In this document: piece after piece, positions 12,700 to 25,185 of the stretch
Layout of the letters: each line of letters starts with the position of its first letter
Numbering within the stretch: the stretch's first letter is position 1
Assembly (NCBI GenBank): GCA_003427395.1
Contig: BFEA01000008.1
Span: 7,729,112-7,793,111, forward strand
Reading direction: 5' to 3'
Origin: Chara braunii
Taxonomy: Eukaryota > Plantae > Charophyceae
Length of the DNA stretch: 64,000 bases
Position numbers and translations under genes: made by a program
The notes under the pieces: generated by a model
The model's input: the letters and a program-made list of their open reading frames with translations, nothing else
Database searches by the model: none
Told to the model about the DNA's origin: nothing

Positions 12700-15100
12700 C
12701 CCCTCAAGATATCCCTGTGGCTTCAGGAGTGGCAGGACAAACAAATCAGCAGACATGAATCATGGTTCAAATTCAAAAGGATAGACAATATCTTACCCAA
12801 GGATACCTCAAGCTAAGAGACAGCAAGGACAGATCCCCCTCTATGATTGTACTCCTCCTACATCCCTTCCCTTTGATAATACTTGCTCTCCAGCACAGCA
12901 CATACCTCTCACACTATCTGGGAATATGTCCGTACTTTCGATGAGAAAATGACTAACTTCAGAAAAAGACCCTGATGGGCCCATTGTCCCTCTGGAATGG
13001 GAAGACCTCCTGTGGGGGTCTACCCAAAGAATTCTATCTGATCAAGAAAAAGAAACTTTAGATTCTTTAGAACAACTACTTTCCCGTACTGAACTTTTAC
13101 CGCGCACAATGAATAACATGGCCAAGGGCAAGTGCCCGGGCCTAGACGGACGTCCAGTAAAAAATTACACAGCCTGTTTTGGGATTTATTCCTACCGGCC
13201 CTGCCGCGGGTCTTCAACAACGTGCTAAAAGGAAATTCACTACCATCTTCACTCGAATAGAACGCCCGGTCATTATCGCTGCATCTGGACTGAGAAATGC
13301 CCCAAATACAACTATAATGACCAGGCATTATATTCGGGTGAAGACGGTAGGCTCCAGAACTACAGGAGGAGTTGTGACTTTACTGTATAAATAAAAAAGA
13401 CAACAGGCGCGATGTTAGAAATCACCGTCCCATGGAAGCCGGGAGAATGGGGACTTATGATACAAGAAACTACCCCCTCTAGAGCCTTCCGGTTTTCCCA
13501 TATGCAACAAGGCTCACCCACCGAGGCCACCTTCCTCTCCTTCCCGATCTCGACGACTACCTCCAGAATGCCAGCCATCCTCAACAGCGAAGTAGAATTG
13601 ATAGTTGTGGACTTCTTCCTACTCAGGAAGGTTACAGTCCTTGGCTCTTAGCCAAAATCGATTTTCAGACCTGACACGGCAGTCCACAGCTTAGAGTTTG
13701 ATCCAGCAGAATGGGCATGGACACCGGACAAAACAAAGAACATAAAGTCCAAGATTCCAATTAACAAGTACACAGTCAAGCTAGGGTACAGGCTGTCATT
13801 TAAAACCAAAGACCCTGATCCCGTCATCAGGAAGAGATGGCAGACTCTACTAGGCCAGGAAGCAGACAATCTCACACAAATTCAATGGAAGAAGTACAAA
13901 TCAATTAGGCCAATTAAGATCAGAAGCCTGCAATGGCTGATAACCTATGCGGCACTGCTGTTAACCAATGGTTACACGCCAGATGAAAGGCTTCAGACCC
14001 TAACAGCTCAGATCAGTGTCTGGTTTGTGCGGAGAACGCGGTAGAGGACATAGTACACTGCTTGCTGCACTGTAGGGAGGCAACAGATTACTGGGCGAGA
14101 GCCTCGACCCTCTGGGATTCCCTTTTCCCGACCCCCTTCCCCGAACAACCCATTCAACTTCTCCTTCTAACTAACATCCCTGAGCAGCTCCGGAAAGTGG
14201 AAAAGATTTTGTTCGGTGTCATCAGGAAGGTGACCCTATGGGTCATATGGAAGAGTGTCCAACCCACGAGAGATGATCTGGGCGGAGACGAAAACTTTGA
14301 TACAAGCTGAAATCCTTTGCAGATGGAGGAAAATCAAACTAGCATGGTCGGAGGATGAGGAACAACAAAATATGGCGAGACTGAGATTCAGCAAGGTATG
14401 GTTGATAAGCGGGAAAGTTGCTGAGTTACGAGACGACCGCATCTGCTGGAAGGACTGGCACAACTCAAATTCAGGAAGAAGCGTTCGGCTGCAATAATGC
14501 GATACATGGGCAAGGCACCTCCCGATCAGGTTCCTAAAGAGAAAGCTACGAACTTATACTACCACATCTATGGAAGAACAGACTGGAGGCGACTGTACGG
14601 CATTGGAAAAGGGGAGCGACTCGGAGGAAGGGAAAGTTGACCAAAGGGATGTTGGAAGTAAGGGTGCAAGGTATACAGGCTCCCAAATCACTCAAAGAGA
14701 ACAGATTCCTAACTTCCAGCCCAGAAAGGGACAGTAAGGTCCACAGGTTGAGGGTTTAGGGTTTAGGGTCAAGGGTTTTAGTAGCGTTTAGAAGAAAGGG
14801 GCAGGCTTAACGGGGCAGGCTTAACGGGAGTGGGGAATACACAAGTATGCAGAAATGATGGGCGAGCTCTTTCTAGAAGACACATTTGGCAGAACTGATT
14901 TTCAGGTCTGAGAGGGAAGAGTGAGACACGACAAGCTAACAGTCAATCCTCCTCCTAACGGTGGAGCAATCAATGCTGTTCAGGGGTCCTTCGGCCGTAC
15001 GGAAGGAAGCGTGCGTTTCTGCTGCAATGTAATGTGTATTCTGACTTGCCGGTGGAATAGGAACCGGACTGACGCTCCCCAGAATAGAAGGAGCCAGGAC
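12700..15100 (+). mobile_element. Decayed L1/Tx1-like LINE 3' part (ORF2 C-terminal zinc-binding region and 3' UTR) with embedded LINE debris
   Basis: CLVCAENAVEDIVHCLLHC..W at about 14018-14100, TLWVIWK, RT-N fragment MAKGKCPG near 13117; 3' structured motif at 15049-15094. Confidence 0.7.
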
Positions 15101-15134
15101 CATAAGGCCCTGTTTTTTTTGTTTTTTTTTTTTT

Positions 15135-15560
15135 CAATCACACCAACCTATCTCCCTATTGCATGTACCAGGGAAAATCCTGGCGAAAACCCTCTCACGA
15201 CGACTGTCCTTTCTGATGACCAAACTGGTCGGGCGACTTCCTGATTGGAGTCATCCATCATGCATGAGGGTATTCATTACTCAAGTTGGAAAGCCGTGTG
15301 ATGTACGACATCTTGCTAGGTTTGGTGGGCACTTTAGTAGACTGGACGGGTGAACGGGCAACCGTTGCAGTGGAACTTTTGACCCAATATTTAGAAGTTA
15401 CCCGGAGCAATCTGGATTCATCCCAGGGAGGCAAGTACTTGACAAAGTCATGGTGATCTCACAAGCGATCGACCTAAATCAAGCTCATAATTGACTTCGA
15501 AAAAGCGTATGATGACAGAGTCAACTGGAACTTCCTCCTGGGAGTAGTGCAACATGGTTG
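15135..15560 (+). mobile_element. LINE RT fragment
   Basis: LSDDQTG and DFEKAYD.VNWNFL remnants with frameshifts. Confidence 0.65.
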
Positions 15561-15614
15561 GGAATTGGTCCCAACTACAGATGCTGGGTGGAGAATCTGT
15601 ATCACGACTCTTGA

Positions 15615-15816
15615 GCCACCAGTACTTGGCCCAGCTATCGATGCCGAGTTTGAAAACGGCCTGCACGCCGTTTTGTGCCAACTCACCAGCGCAACAAGAA
15701 AAAATTGTTTTGGCTGGCGATGCCAGCCTTTGAGGGTCAGTACCCCGAGCCTCCGGAAGTTGCGGGGCGTTAACGACAATGCCCTGCGGCCGATGTATGG
15801 GCCAAGTACTGGCGGT
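15615..15816. mobile_element. MITE of the TTAA/ACCACCAGTAC family (~200 bp)
   Basis: TTGA|GCCACCAGTACTTGGCCCA ... TGGGCCAAGTACTGGCGGT|TTAA. Confidence 0.75.
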
Positions 15817-17835
15817 TTAAGGCAGAATCACGGTCAATGGTATGTTGTCACAACCCTGTGACGAACTATTTTTTGTAATCGCACGACTTTCTGCGCAAAG
15901 CGGCTTCGGGGGTTGGGAACTGGTTGGTCGGGTGGAAGATAGGGGTTGGCCGAACAAGTTGCGCGGATACCCTCGCTTCTTTCTTTTTTGTTGTCGGGAC
16001 CAGGGCCGGGAAAGTCCCGGGACGACGATTGAGTGACCGCGATAAATAACGGTTGCCATAACTTTTTTTTTGTTCTGCTGTGGGAGATGGGGATTTTTGC
16101 GCGCTTAGCGCGAGGGAATGTCGTTTTCAAATTTACAACAGATGACGGGCTCTTGAAATTGTTTTTTTGTAAGCTTTTCGGAATTTTTTTTTGCAAATAG
16201 GATTTAGACTAGGAATTTAGGTGCTTTGAGATCTTATTGCGCCGGACTTCTTGCTCGTGCACCTCTCACCGCAGTGGGAACTGAGCTCTGACTGCATCGC
16301 GCCCTTAATCCTGCATGTAACTGTAATTTTTGGCGGGCGCGATTGTAACTGTACTACTCGTTCTTGATTCTCTCGTGTTTCCTCGCCTTATTCCCCTCTG
16401 TCGTGCATACCTCGTCTTCCACTCTAATTGGCCTAAGCGACTGCATGACCGGATCGATGCGTGGAGTGTGGCAGCGTCCCCCACGCCGCGGCTTGGCCAT
16501 GCAGGCGTAGGCACTTCCTTCTCTTCCCCTTCCCCTCACTTAGGCATAATCCTGGGTTCATCGTGCAAGCATGCAGGCTATAAATTTCACAAGCGCGATT
16601 AGTTTGCTCTCTCAGAATTTTGAAGTTACCGCGGTCAGTGAGGATCGGCTAACAAGTAAGTGAGAAGATGAGCAGAAGTGAGTCGGGCGACCCGACGAGC
16701 TGGTGTCGGGTAGGCGGGGTTGAAGTGCTGGCCACGACGGACTGTGACGCACGGTTGAACTTGGCTTGTGTACTCAGACTAAGCAGGGTGACGACTCGGT
16801 GTTGGTGCGAGGCGACGGGCTGCCCGCATCGGAGGTGATGTTGCGTGGAGAGAAAGAGAGAGAGAGAGAGAGATGTGTGTGTGGGATGATGCATTTCTCT
16901 AACCCTCTGTATAAATTTTAATTTCAACCTTGGCCGCTCTTGTCCCGGCCGTTTTCGATCTTCTTGCGAATCATTTTGAATTTTCTGCTTATGGTCTGTG
17001 TGGAATGAACTCGTGCACTTCCCTCACCCTTCCTCGAGCAATCTTTGGATGACTAGATTAACTCAAATTTTGTCACTTTCTAGTCCCCATTTTGCGTTCG
17101 GGTTGGATGCGCTCCTCATGCATATTATGAAATTGCCAACCTTCGGATCTTGTGTGTGGGATGATGTCCTTCTTTTTCGCGTGTATGTAGTTTTAATAAG
17201 TGGCGTCGGTCTTCTCGTACTCATGACTACCCCTGGTTCGTGTATTTTTTTTAGTGATCGGTTTGATTCCCTCCCCTCCCCCCTCACTCATGTTTCATTG
17301 CAGTATGGTGACATCGGGCACGATAATTATCTGCACTTGACCCCGGTGAGCTTGGGTTATGATGATGTAGGCTTCCTTGGTGACATGGCTTTATGCGCAA
17401 ACCTTTGTCGATCTCTCGTTTATGCTTTTTCAGAGATTCGCACAACCCTCGAGTTTGATTGATGCATGAGTTCGATTGATACCTGAGTATGCATGTCAGT
17501 TTCCCGTCCCCTTTTGGACAAAAAGGAGAATCTAACGAACACTCGACGGTCCCGACTGATGTATGCTCTGGAGGGTAAGAGGATGGTTGATTCAAATGTG
17601 TGATTGCCCGCGGATTGCCTTCCTAATGTCCGTTTCTTGACGCGCGCATGGGCTAGCATGACGACGGATCAGACGATCTCCCGACCAAAGGGATAGCTAG
17701 TCGATCCGATCCAACTGATCGCAAACGTGGTCTTGTGCGCATTCATGCAGGCCCGATCAAAACGGACATCGCCAACACACGCGTTTACAAGACCCGTGCT
17801 CGAGTCCATGTCTAAACTCGCAAAATTCCGATAGC

Positions 17836-18620
17836 ATGGATGATGGGACTCCCTTCCACGTCACGGATTGGGAAAGCCTGAGACACCGACGGTTCCGAGA
17901 ATACTGGGAGTGGAATAACACCTGTCTTCTCGCACAACCCTGCCCCAACCCTCCAAAATTCCCCTTTTGCACGGGAAACGAATGTGTCTGTGAGTGGGAC
18001 ATTGAACGGGCCTTAAGTGCGATCCCTTTTCCCTCCCAGTTCCCCAGCTCACACGTAAGCCAAGTCATCGCCGAACCCGGTGTCGTCATCATTGAGACAG
18101 ACTTTGCTCCCTACCGCCTCGTGTTGTCTTTTCACTGCCTGACGGCGGCCCCGTGGCACGCGCTCGCCCCCTACTGGCCTCGAACCCCGTGCTCCGAGTG
18201 CTTACCAAGCCGCGGGGTTCGTTCGACGAACCCGGACTGAGGCCGAACAGCGAGCACACAGCCTGTGCCTGAGGCCCGCTTCGTTTGACTCGGAGGCTTG
18301 TCACGAGCGACGCTGGCGATTGGTTAGGCAATGTGACACACATAGCGTTCCGCCGGTTCACCAAATCCGAGCCCGGCCTCGGCAACAAAACTCGTGGGGA
18401 TGGCGATGACATCCCCCAAGGCATCAAAGTTGGACGCGGTTCGTTCTTGCTATCTTGCATAACTGACCCTAAGGCTTGCCACAGGAGATTTCAGTTCTGA
18501 CCTGGAACTCCACCCCCATTATCCTAGAATCCTTGGCACACCCCTTTTTCGCACTTCTGGGCCCCCATCCCACTCCGATCAGGAAGTCGCGCTGGGCGTG
18601 AGGTTGGGCGTCACAACCCT
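17836..18620 (+). pseudogene. Disrupted ORF of an unrecognised protein family, copy 2
   Basis: Protein and DNA homology to 932-1750 (e.g. aatccttggcacacccc; gggcgtgaggtt..gcgtcaca). Confidence 0.6.
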
Positions 18621-19260
18621 TCAAAGTGACCAGATGGCTGAGGCAAGGGTTCCCCCTCCCTTGCCCCTTCCCTTTTTGTGGTCCAGATGGAGGTTCTCTT
18701 AAACATGATTAGATCTCACCCCATCTACAGGGGACTGAGAGTATCCACCCCCCTTGAGCTCAAAGTCTCGGCACTGACCGACGACTTCTCAGCAATTTAT
18801 GAGAACACACAGTGGAATGCCTCTCAGCATTGCATGATTGTCTGAGAGTGAACTGGAATAAATCTATAGCCTTGACACATAATAACTTCCCACTTGCAGT
18901 AGATTTTGGGATAAAGATCCTGCCCTCCGCGGAATCCGACAGATACCTTGGAATCAACGTCTCCTTCGGAGATTCTGACATGGATCAATCAGCAGTCATA
19001 GACAATAGGATATAAGGGATGTATGTGCAAAATGGTCCGGCAGGAAAAAACCTATCTCTGCTCGGGAGGGCACACTAGTAACCAACTGCGCCATACTATC
19101 TATTATTTGCTAGTATTTGGTTCATTCTGGCTATATTCGTCAGATCTCTCCCTCCTCTGCCAAACTAATCAGACAGTTACTAAGCAGATTCATATGGAAA
19201 GGGGACTCCAGTATCCCATCTTGCATCCTGGTGCTTGTCACTGCTGTCTGGTCCAAGTTG

Positions 19261-19472
19261 CCCTCAATACTGGTAGGGTGATGGTCCTGAGTGCTGGTCA
19301 CACTGAGGTAGGATAGTAGGGACAGGGGGTATGCAGGGAGTATTCACGTGGGGATGGGTAGGGTAGGTGGCCTATCCTGTCAGGACAACCATTGGCTGCT
19401 GCTACCAGCAATCACCGCTGGTCTAGTCCTTGGCCTGTACAACACCCTGGACTTTTTGAGAAGAAAAAAAAA
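19261..19472 (+). mobile_element. Short poly(A)-tailed SINE-like insertion inside the LINE
   Basis: Homologous to 48500-48712 (agggtga.g.tcctgagtg..cacactgaggtaggat ... tacaaca.cctgg + A-run). Confidence 0.5.
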
Positions 19473-19918
19473 GTCGTGTGGTGGAAACTCGCCGAGAAAT
19501 AGAGAGAGATGGGGTTATGGGCATCCATCCTCGACCCGGAAACGCAGAACGCCGCCCACCCTCCTGGCCAAATGGCCAGTGAGACTGTTAGTATCACAGG
19601 AAAACCAGCCCTGGATGCAGTTAGCGCAGGCCACCACCCTATCCAAGGAAGGAATGGGAACTAATGCATGAAGAAGCAGTATGGCAAAGTATTCTATATT
19701 ACCCACTGACCAGGTCAGTTCAGTCCCCTACTTGGGGACCCATTCTCAATCAAGGCCTGGTCAAAAAATCTCCCCTTCGTTATCAAACCACCTGCCATTG
19801 TATCCGACATTCTCTCCACCAGCCTCTTCGAGAACCCTGATATTGGATTCCGTAACGCATCCGATCAACCCTTCTCCCTGGCCAACTCCTCTGGTAACTT
19901 TGCCAGGAGCTGGGTTAA

Positions 19919-20037
19919 ACCACCAGTACCTCCACGTTCTTAGACCGTCAACGCGGTGGCTGAATCGATGCGTTGCGCGGGTCCATATGCATTTGCATCA
20001 GAGCATCCCCACTAAGACCCCCTGGGGTACTGGTGGT
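19919..20037. mobile_element. 119-bp MITE, TTAA target
   Basis: TTAA|ACCACCAGTACC ... GGTACTGGTGGT|TTAA; removing it plus one TTAA restores the LINE frame SWVKRGVWKI. Confidence 0.9.
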
Positions 20038-21420
20038 TTAAGAGAGGGGTCTGGAAGATTTACCACCACCAGTGGGATGAACAGAAAGCAGATTGGCTCG
20101 CAGATGAAGATCTCCGAAGAAAACTTGGAAACCTCCACAACGCGTGGAGCTTCACAGAAGAACGCTGATTGTAGTTCTCCCTCAAGCATGGAAAGACAAG
20201 CTACAGACAGACTCGAGACTCGTCGATCAAGGATCCTGATGGAGGGACCCAGCAGTACCAGTAAGCTATTTCCAAGCAATACGCCAAGGCAAGAGAGTCG
20301 CAGCGGAGGTTTCCACCTGGAAACTCACAAAAGGTATTCCGAGACAAACAGACCCGAATACTCGGGACTCTCAGCCTCGAGCATTGCCTCAAGAGGTAAG
20401 GGTCATTGAGCATGTCTATGTAGGCAAGAATGGCAGAACACTTCTCGAACCAGCAAAGGGGGAGCACCATAGTCTACTTGGAAGATTGATGAAAGAACAC
20501 TGCGGTGGAACATCACTACAGAAATTCTTCCATAGTGACAACAGTGTTGCTAGCTGATTACTCGTTGCAAATCGGCTAGAAACTCCACTCCAGAGCCTCA
20601 ACTCTCTGAAAATCAGAGTATGGGACTGATGGAACACTCAGATAGAAAAGCTACAGGTACCTAAGCTGGACTCACGATGGGTCGAGTTCTACATCAACTT
20701 CATCCTGGAAAGATTGGAAGTCAAGCTGGCGGGCCTTCGGTGGTTCCATCTGCACAATCAAAGCTTTCCCACGACGGTGTGGTGCGCAGATAAAGGCATG
20801 GATATATCTACCCCTTGTGATGTCTGTCCACGTCTGTCCCTCGAAGACTCCTCCCACCTGTGGTGGGAATGTGTGGTGGCCAGGGGCTTCTCGGAATGGG
20901 TGAACAGGAATGTGGTTTGCTGCCTACGGTACTTGTTCATTTTGGTCCAAGAGTCTAGTTTTATTTGGGGATTCACTCCAAAAGCTCTAGATCAAGAATT
21001 GCAAACAAATTTCGCATTATTGGATTCTGGACTCTTTGGTTGGCTCCTCGCAGAGACCGCAGATTCAGTAATAGTTTCTGGTCGGTCTCACGCCTTGGAA
21101 ACTCTTTCAAATCTGCGTCGAGCAACCTCATTTTGGCTGAGTGGAGAAAGGTGAGAAATAGTTCCCAGCCGAACCTTGAAGCGCAGAAGATCATGATTAG
21201 CAGATGGCCTTTGGAATTCTTTTGGGTAAGTAAGGTTCTCTGATAAGAATCAGATAGTACACTCTCAGTTTCTGTGGGATGAAAAGGAGGATCATCCTCC
21301 CCCGGAGCCCTGAGGCTCTCTGGTTGTAATATTGGTGCTCTCCATACTTTCTGAAAGGGACGCTGGACCCGGTTTCCAGAAGGTGCAGCTCCCCACCGAA
21401 TAAATAGAATGGAGCAATCT

Positions 21421-23104
21421 AAGGGCCTTGCCGGACGGCACAAGAAACGAAACGAAACGACCATCGAACTCGCGGGGCTTCGCGAGCCACTAAATGGACG
21501 TTTCGTTTCGTTTCTGGCCTCACCGCCGCACAGCACATTAGAACTGCCTCGCGGGAGCGACCTGACGAGATCTGGCATGCCATAAGGTCCACCCCGGAGT
21601 AAGGTCGCGAGTTCTGGCATGCGCTAAGGTCCAAAATTTTGGACGCACTCCGTTTGGACGGACTTCCCAGACTCGCGGCGATTCACAACACCTCCACGGG
21701 CCATCGAGAGGACCTGCGAGTTCTCGCGAGTTGCAGGCGGGTACGGAAGGGGCACGTGCGCAGGCTCGCGAACTCGAACTCTGACAGCATTCGCGACTTT
21801 CTCCTGACAGGTTTCGTGTGGTCACTGTGCTGCGAGATGTTCACGAAATGAAGTAGGTTTTTTTTTCCGTTTTGTGTACCGTCCGGCCCTCAACCAGAGT
21901 GCTGCTCGTATCACTCCCGTTCAGAGGCCCATCTGCCACATTTACAAACAAACAAAAAAGAAAAAATCACGGAGAAAGAAGAAGTCGAAAAGGTAATTTG
22001 ATACCACCTCTGGAGGTGGTCTCAAAAAGGGTCCTCCTGCGGCCATGCAGGCTGCTGACATAAGGGTCACCAAAAAGGACATTTGGGTAGCGGGCCACTC
22101 TAATGTGACCTGAAAACTGCCTCAAATTTTGGGATTTAAGGTCATCAGGTCCCCATGTGAGTATGCCCTGAGGGCCATGGAGGGAGTCCTTGTTTTCGTA
22201 ATCCAACGTCACCGCTCCAGAGAGACAATTCTGCATGGCTGGACCAGTGCAGATGTGCCACGGATATGGGCACAGGTTCAATGAATATGGGCAGGGTACT
22301 GGTATGACACGAATATGGGCAGACGTGCCACGAATACGGGCTCAAGTCAGTAATGGAATATTCCCTTCAAAGATCCTGCATCAGCCGTACTCACAATGCA
22401 AATCTTGAGCTATGTATCTGGCTGCAAACACGAGTCCAGTAGCAATGTATCTGCACCGTCATGTCGGCAATACAAGTCTGCAGTATGGGCTCGTGTTAGT
22501 GTGCTTTGTGAGGGCTCGATGACCCTTTGGTACTTCTTCTTCCCCCCGCCCCCCGCCCCAAAAAAAAAATTAAACTTTCAATTTCACAACGAACTTGGAG
22601 GCCCAGTGCTATTTCACTTTCACAATGAACTTGGGAGGCCCAGGGCATGGTTCCACTAGCACACGAGTCTGGTATACGGTCGCACACAGTTGGCTGTGTG
22701 AATGAAATCAGCCCTCCTTTACCTTACTAAGCACTTTTCTCCGACGCTTGGAACACCCTGCGGGCATGCGGGCCAAGCTTTGTCGAAGCATCAGCACAAC
22801 TTATTTTTTTTGTTTGCCTGGCGCTGCCAGCCACCTCGGTTCCACTAGCACACGAGTCTGGTATGTGGTTGCACACAGTTGGCTGTGTGAATGAAATCAG
22901 CCCTCCTTTACCGTCCTAGTCACTTTTCTCCGACGCTGGAAAGACCGTGCGGGCCAAGCTTTGTCGAAGCATCAGCAGGACTTCTTTTTTTTTGTTGTTC
23001 CCTGGCGCCGCCAGCCATTTTGGTCCGGTAGGCCCATTGCCCACTGAATGCGCCGCATATACGACAAGGCCCCCTGGCCGGTGTATGGGCCAAGTACTGG
23101 TTGT
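21421..23104. mobile_element. Probable non-autonomous DNA element(s): CTCGCG-rich subterminal repeats, ~190-bp tandem duplication, family TIR at the right end
   Basis: Many (a/c)tcgcg motifs at 21470-21850; duplication 22650-23020; TGGGCCAAGTACTGGTTGT|TTAA at 23086-23108; no left TIR found. Confidence 0.45.
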
Positions 23105-23149
23105 TTAAACCACAAGTACAAATGAGCCTCCTTTTTCTGAACCAATTTT

Positions 23150-24125
23150 TATATATATATATTTTTTAATTATTGGGAACAGCTCCAATCTATTCGTGGG
23201 GAGCAGCACGTGCTGGGAACCGGGCCCAGCATCCCATATAGAAATTTGCATAGAATTGAAAATTGAAATATCGGGGCCATTACCCAGCTTTGGCTCAGGA
23301 AAATTTGGGAGCTATTCAGAAATGACTAAGACAAACATCAGAGATAAGCCAGATTCAAAAGACGACTCAGGAACCCCCCCCCCCATCAATCCTCTTTACC
23401 TCACTCCGGCAAGACTTACTGCAGCAGAGCAACCATCTCTGCTGCCGCTATACCCTATTTCCATCCTACCAGCTAGCCCCCTCACTAGCAGGACGCGTGG
23501 TATCCCGCTATCTCTTTCTCCCACTCACCTTTTTTGAATTGGAAATTTGAGGTACCGGGGCCGTTACCCGGCTTTGGCTCAAAAAGTTGAAGCTACTTAG
23601 GAAATGACTACGACAGAACTTCAAGAATAAGCAGAATTCAAAACAGCTCAGAACCCCCCCCATCAATCCTCTGCGCCTCACTCCGGCAAGACTTACTGCA
23701 GCAGAGCCACCATCTCTGCTGCTGCTGTACCCTATTCCGATCCTACCAGCGGGCCCCCTCACTAGTAGGACGCATGCTATCCCACCATCTCCTTCTCCCA
23801 CTCACCTCGTTTCTTTTTGAAATACCTATATAGTATAAACACATACAGTAATTCGAGAGGCATGAGAATAGACCGCCAGAGTCCTAAGAAATGCTCCGAA
23901 AACCTCGAACTTCCTAACAAACCTTCCCAATGTTCTCCAAAATTGTCTTACTCCCTGCCGAGCTCTTCCAGGTCTCACACCCCCGCTTCCTGCTGGGTTA
24001 CAGGGCAACACAACTCACCCCAGCTCCGACCAGCGTCGTCCCGGCAGCAACCCTCGGTTGTCCCGTGAGATGCCCACCCCAAAGCATCCCCAGATCTCTC
24101 TACCAGGCCTTGCGCTGTATCAGTA
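23150..24125 (-). mobile_element. Non-coding retroposon with internal tandem repeats and the shared 3' structured motif
   Basis: Homologous to 33590-34760 and 48760-49450 (ggggccattaccc, cggcaagacttactgcagcagagc, ctgctaggttacaggg). Confidence 0.6.
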
Positions 24126-24803
24126 TATAGATTATGTCAATATACACAATCAACAATTTATTCTAGAAAATTCATTCTATAATAAATACATATATTCTCT
24201 TAACATAAGTAATTAAATATATTCTGTATTATCCTAGAATCTNGTTTAGAGTAAAAAAAATACCGTTTTTGGCTTATATGTAGAAAAGAAACCTAAACGC
24301 TAATTGAACTAACACCATGGAAACCATCTAACCTATGAATTCAAAATGATTCATTCCCAAAAGTTAGGGGACTTGCCTCAGGCCGGGCCTGTGGCCGGGT
24401 GGAATTTTTTTGGGTCCTATGCAGGACTAGTGCCAACCATGACGTGTGGGACAATTTTTCTTTTTCTGCCCGGCCCCAGGCCCGCCGTGGGGTGAGTTCA
24501 TTTGTTTTTCTTTTTGGGAAAATTTCCGAGATGCCCGTGAAATTTCCATTAATTTGCCGCGTGCCCCTCTGACGGCCGACTTACCCTGTCGTGCCCTGGG
24601 GCCTCTGAAGTTTTCTGCAGGCCCCTGTCAGCATGGGGCGCAACTTTCTCCTATGCCTTTACCGGACCGTGGGTGGCATTTCATCGGTACCTCTTCGAAA
24701 TGCCCTCACAAGGGGCATGCATCTTTCTGTGATGCGCTTGCAGCAAGCCACCGAAAATGCTGCAGCAGTCAGTCCCTTCACGTTCGTGTGTGTGTGTGTG
24801 TGT

Positions 24804-24876
<73 letters not shown>

Positions 24877-25036
24877 NNNNNNNNNNNNNNNNNNNNNNNN
24901 NNNNNNNNNNNNNNNNNNNNNNNNNNNNNNNNNNNNNNNNNNNNNNNNNNNNNNNNNNNNNNNNNNNNNNNNNNNNNNNNNNNNNNNNNNNNNNNNNNNN
25001 NNNNNNNNNNNNNNNNNNNNNNNNNNNNNNNNNNNN

Positions 25037-25120
<84 letters not shown>

Positions 25121-25185
25121 GCGCGGATGGGTTTTGCCGATGTGCAAAATGAGAATGAATCTTGCTGCCCTCTCGCGGAAGATTG

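Larger units (their letters stand above)
18670..21420 (+). mobile_element. Decayed L1/Tx1-like LINE (RT C-terminal part to zinc-binding region, 3' UTR)
   Basis: LRVNWNKS, RYLGI, FIWKG, CDVCPRLSLEDSSHLWWEC; many stops; two nested insertions; 3' motif at 21357-21415. Confidence 0.8.

Noticed and set aside
21357-21415. The 3' motif as an HDV-like ribozyme or snRNA fragment
   Set aside because: Not enough sequence inside the first stem for P2/P3/L3; no convincing snRNA match
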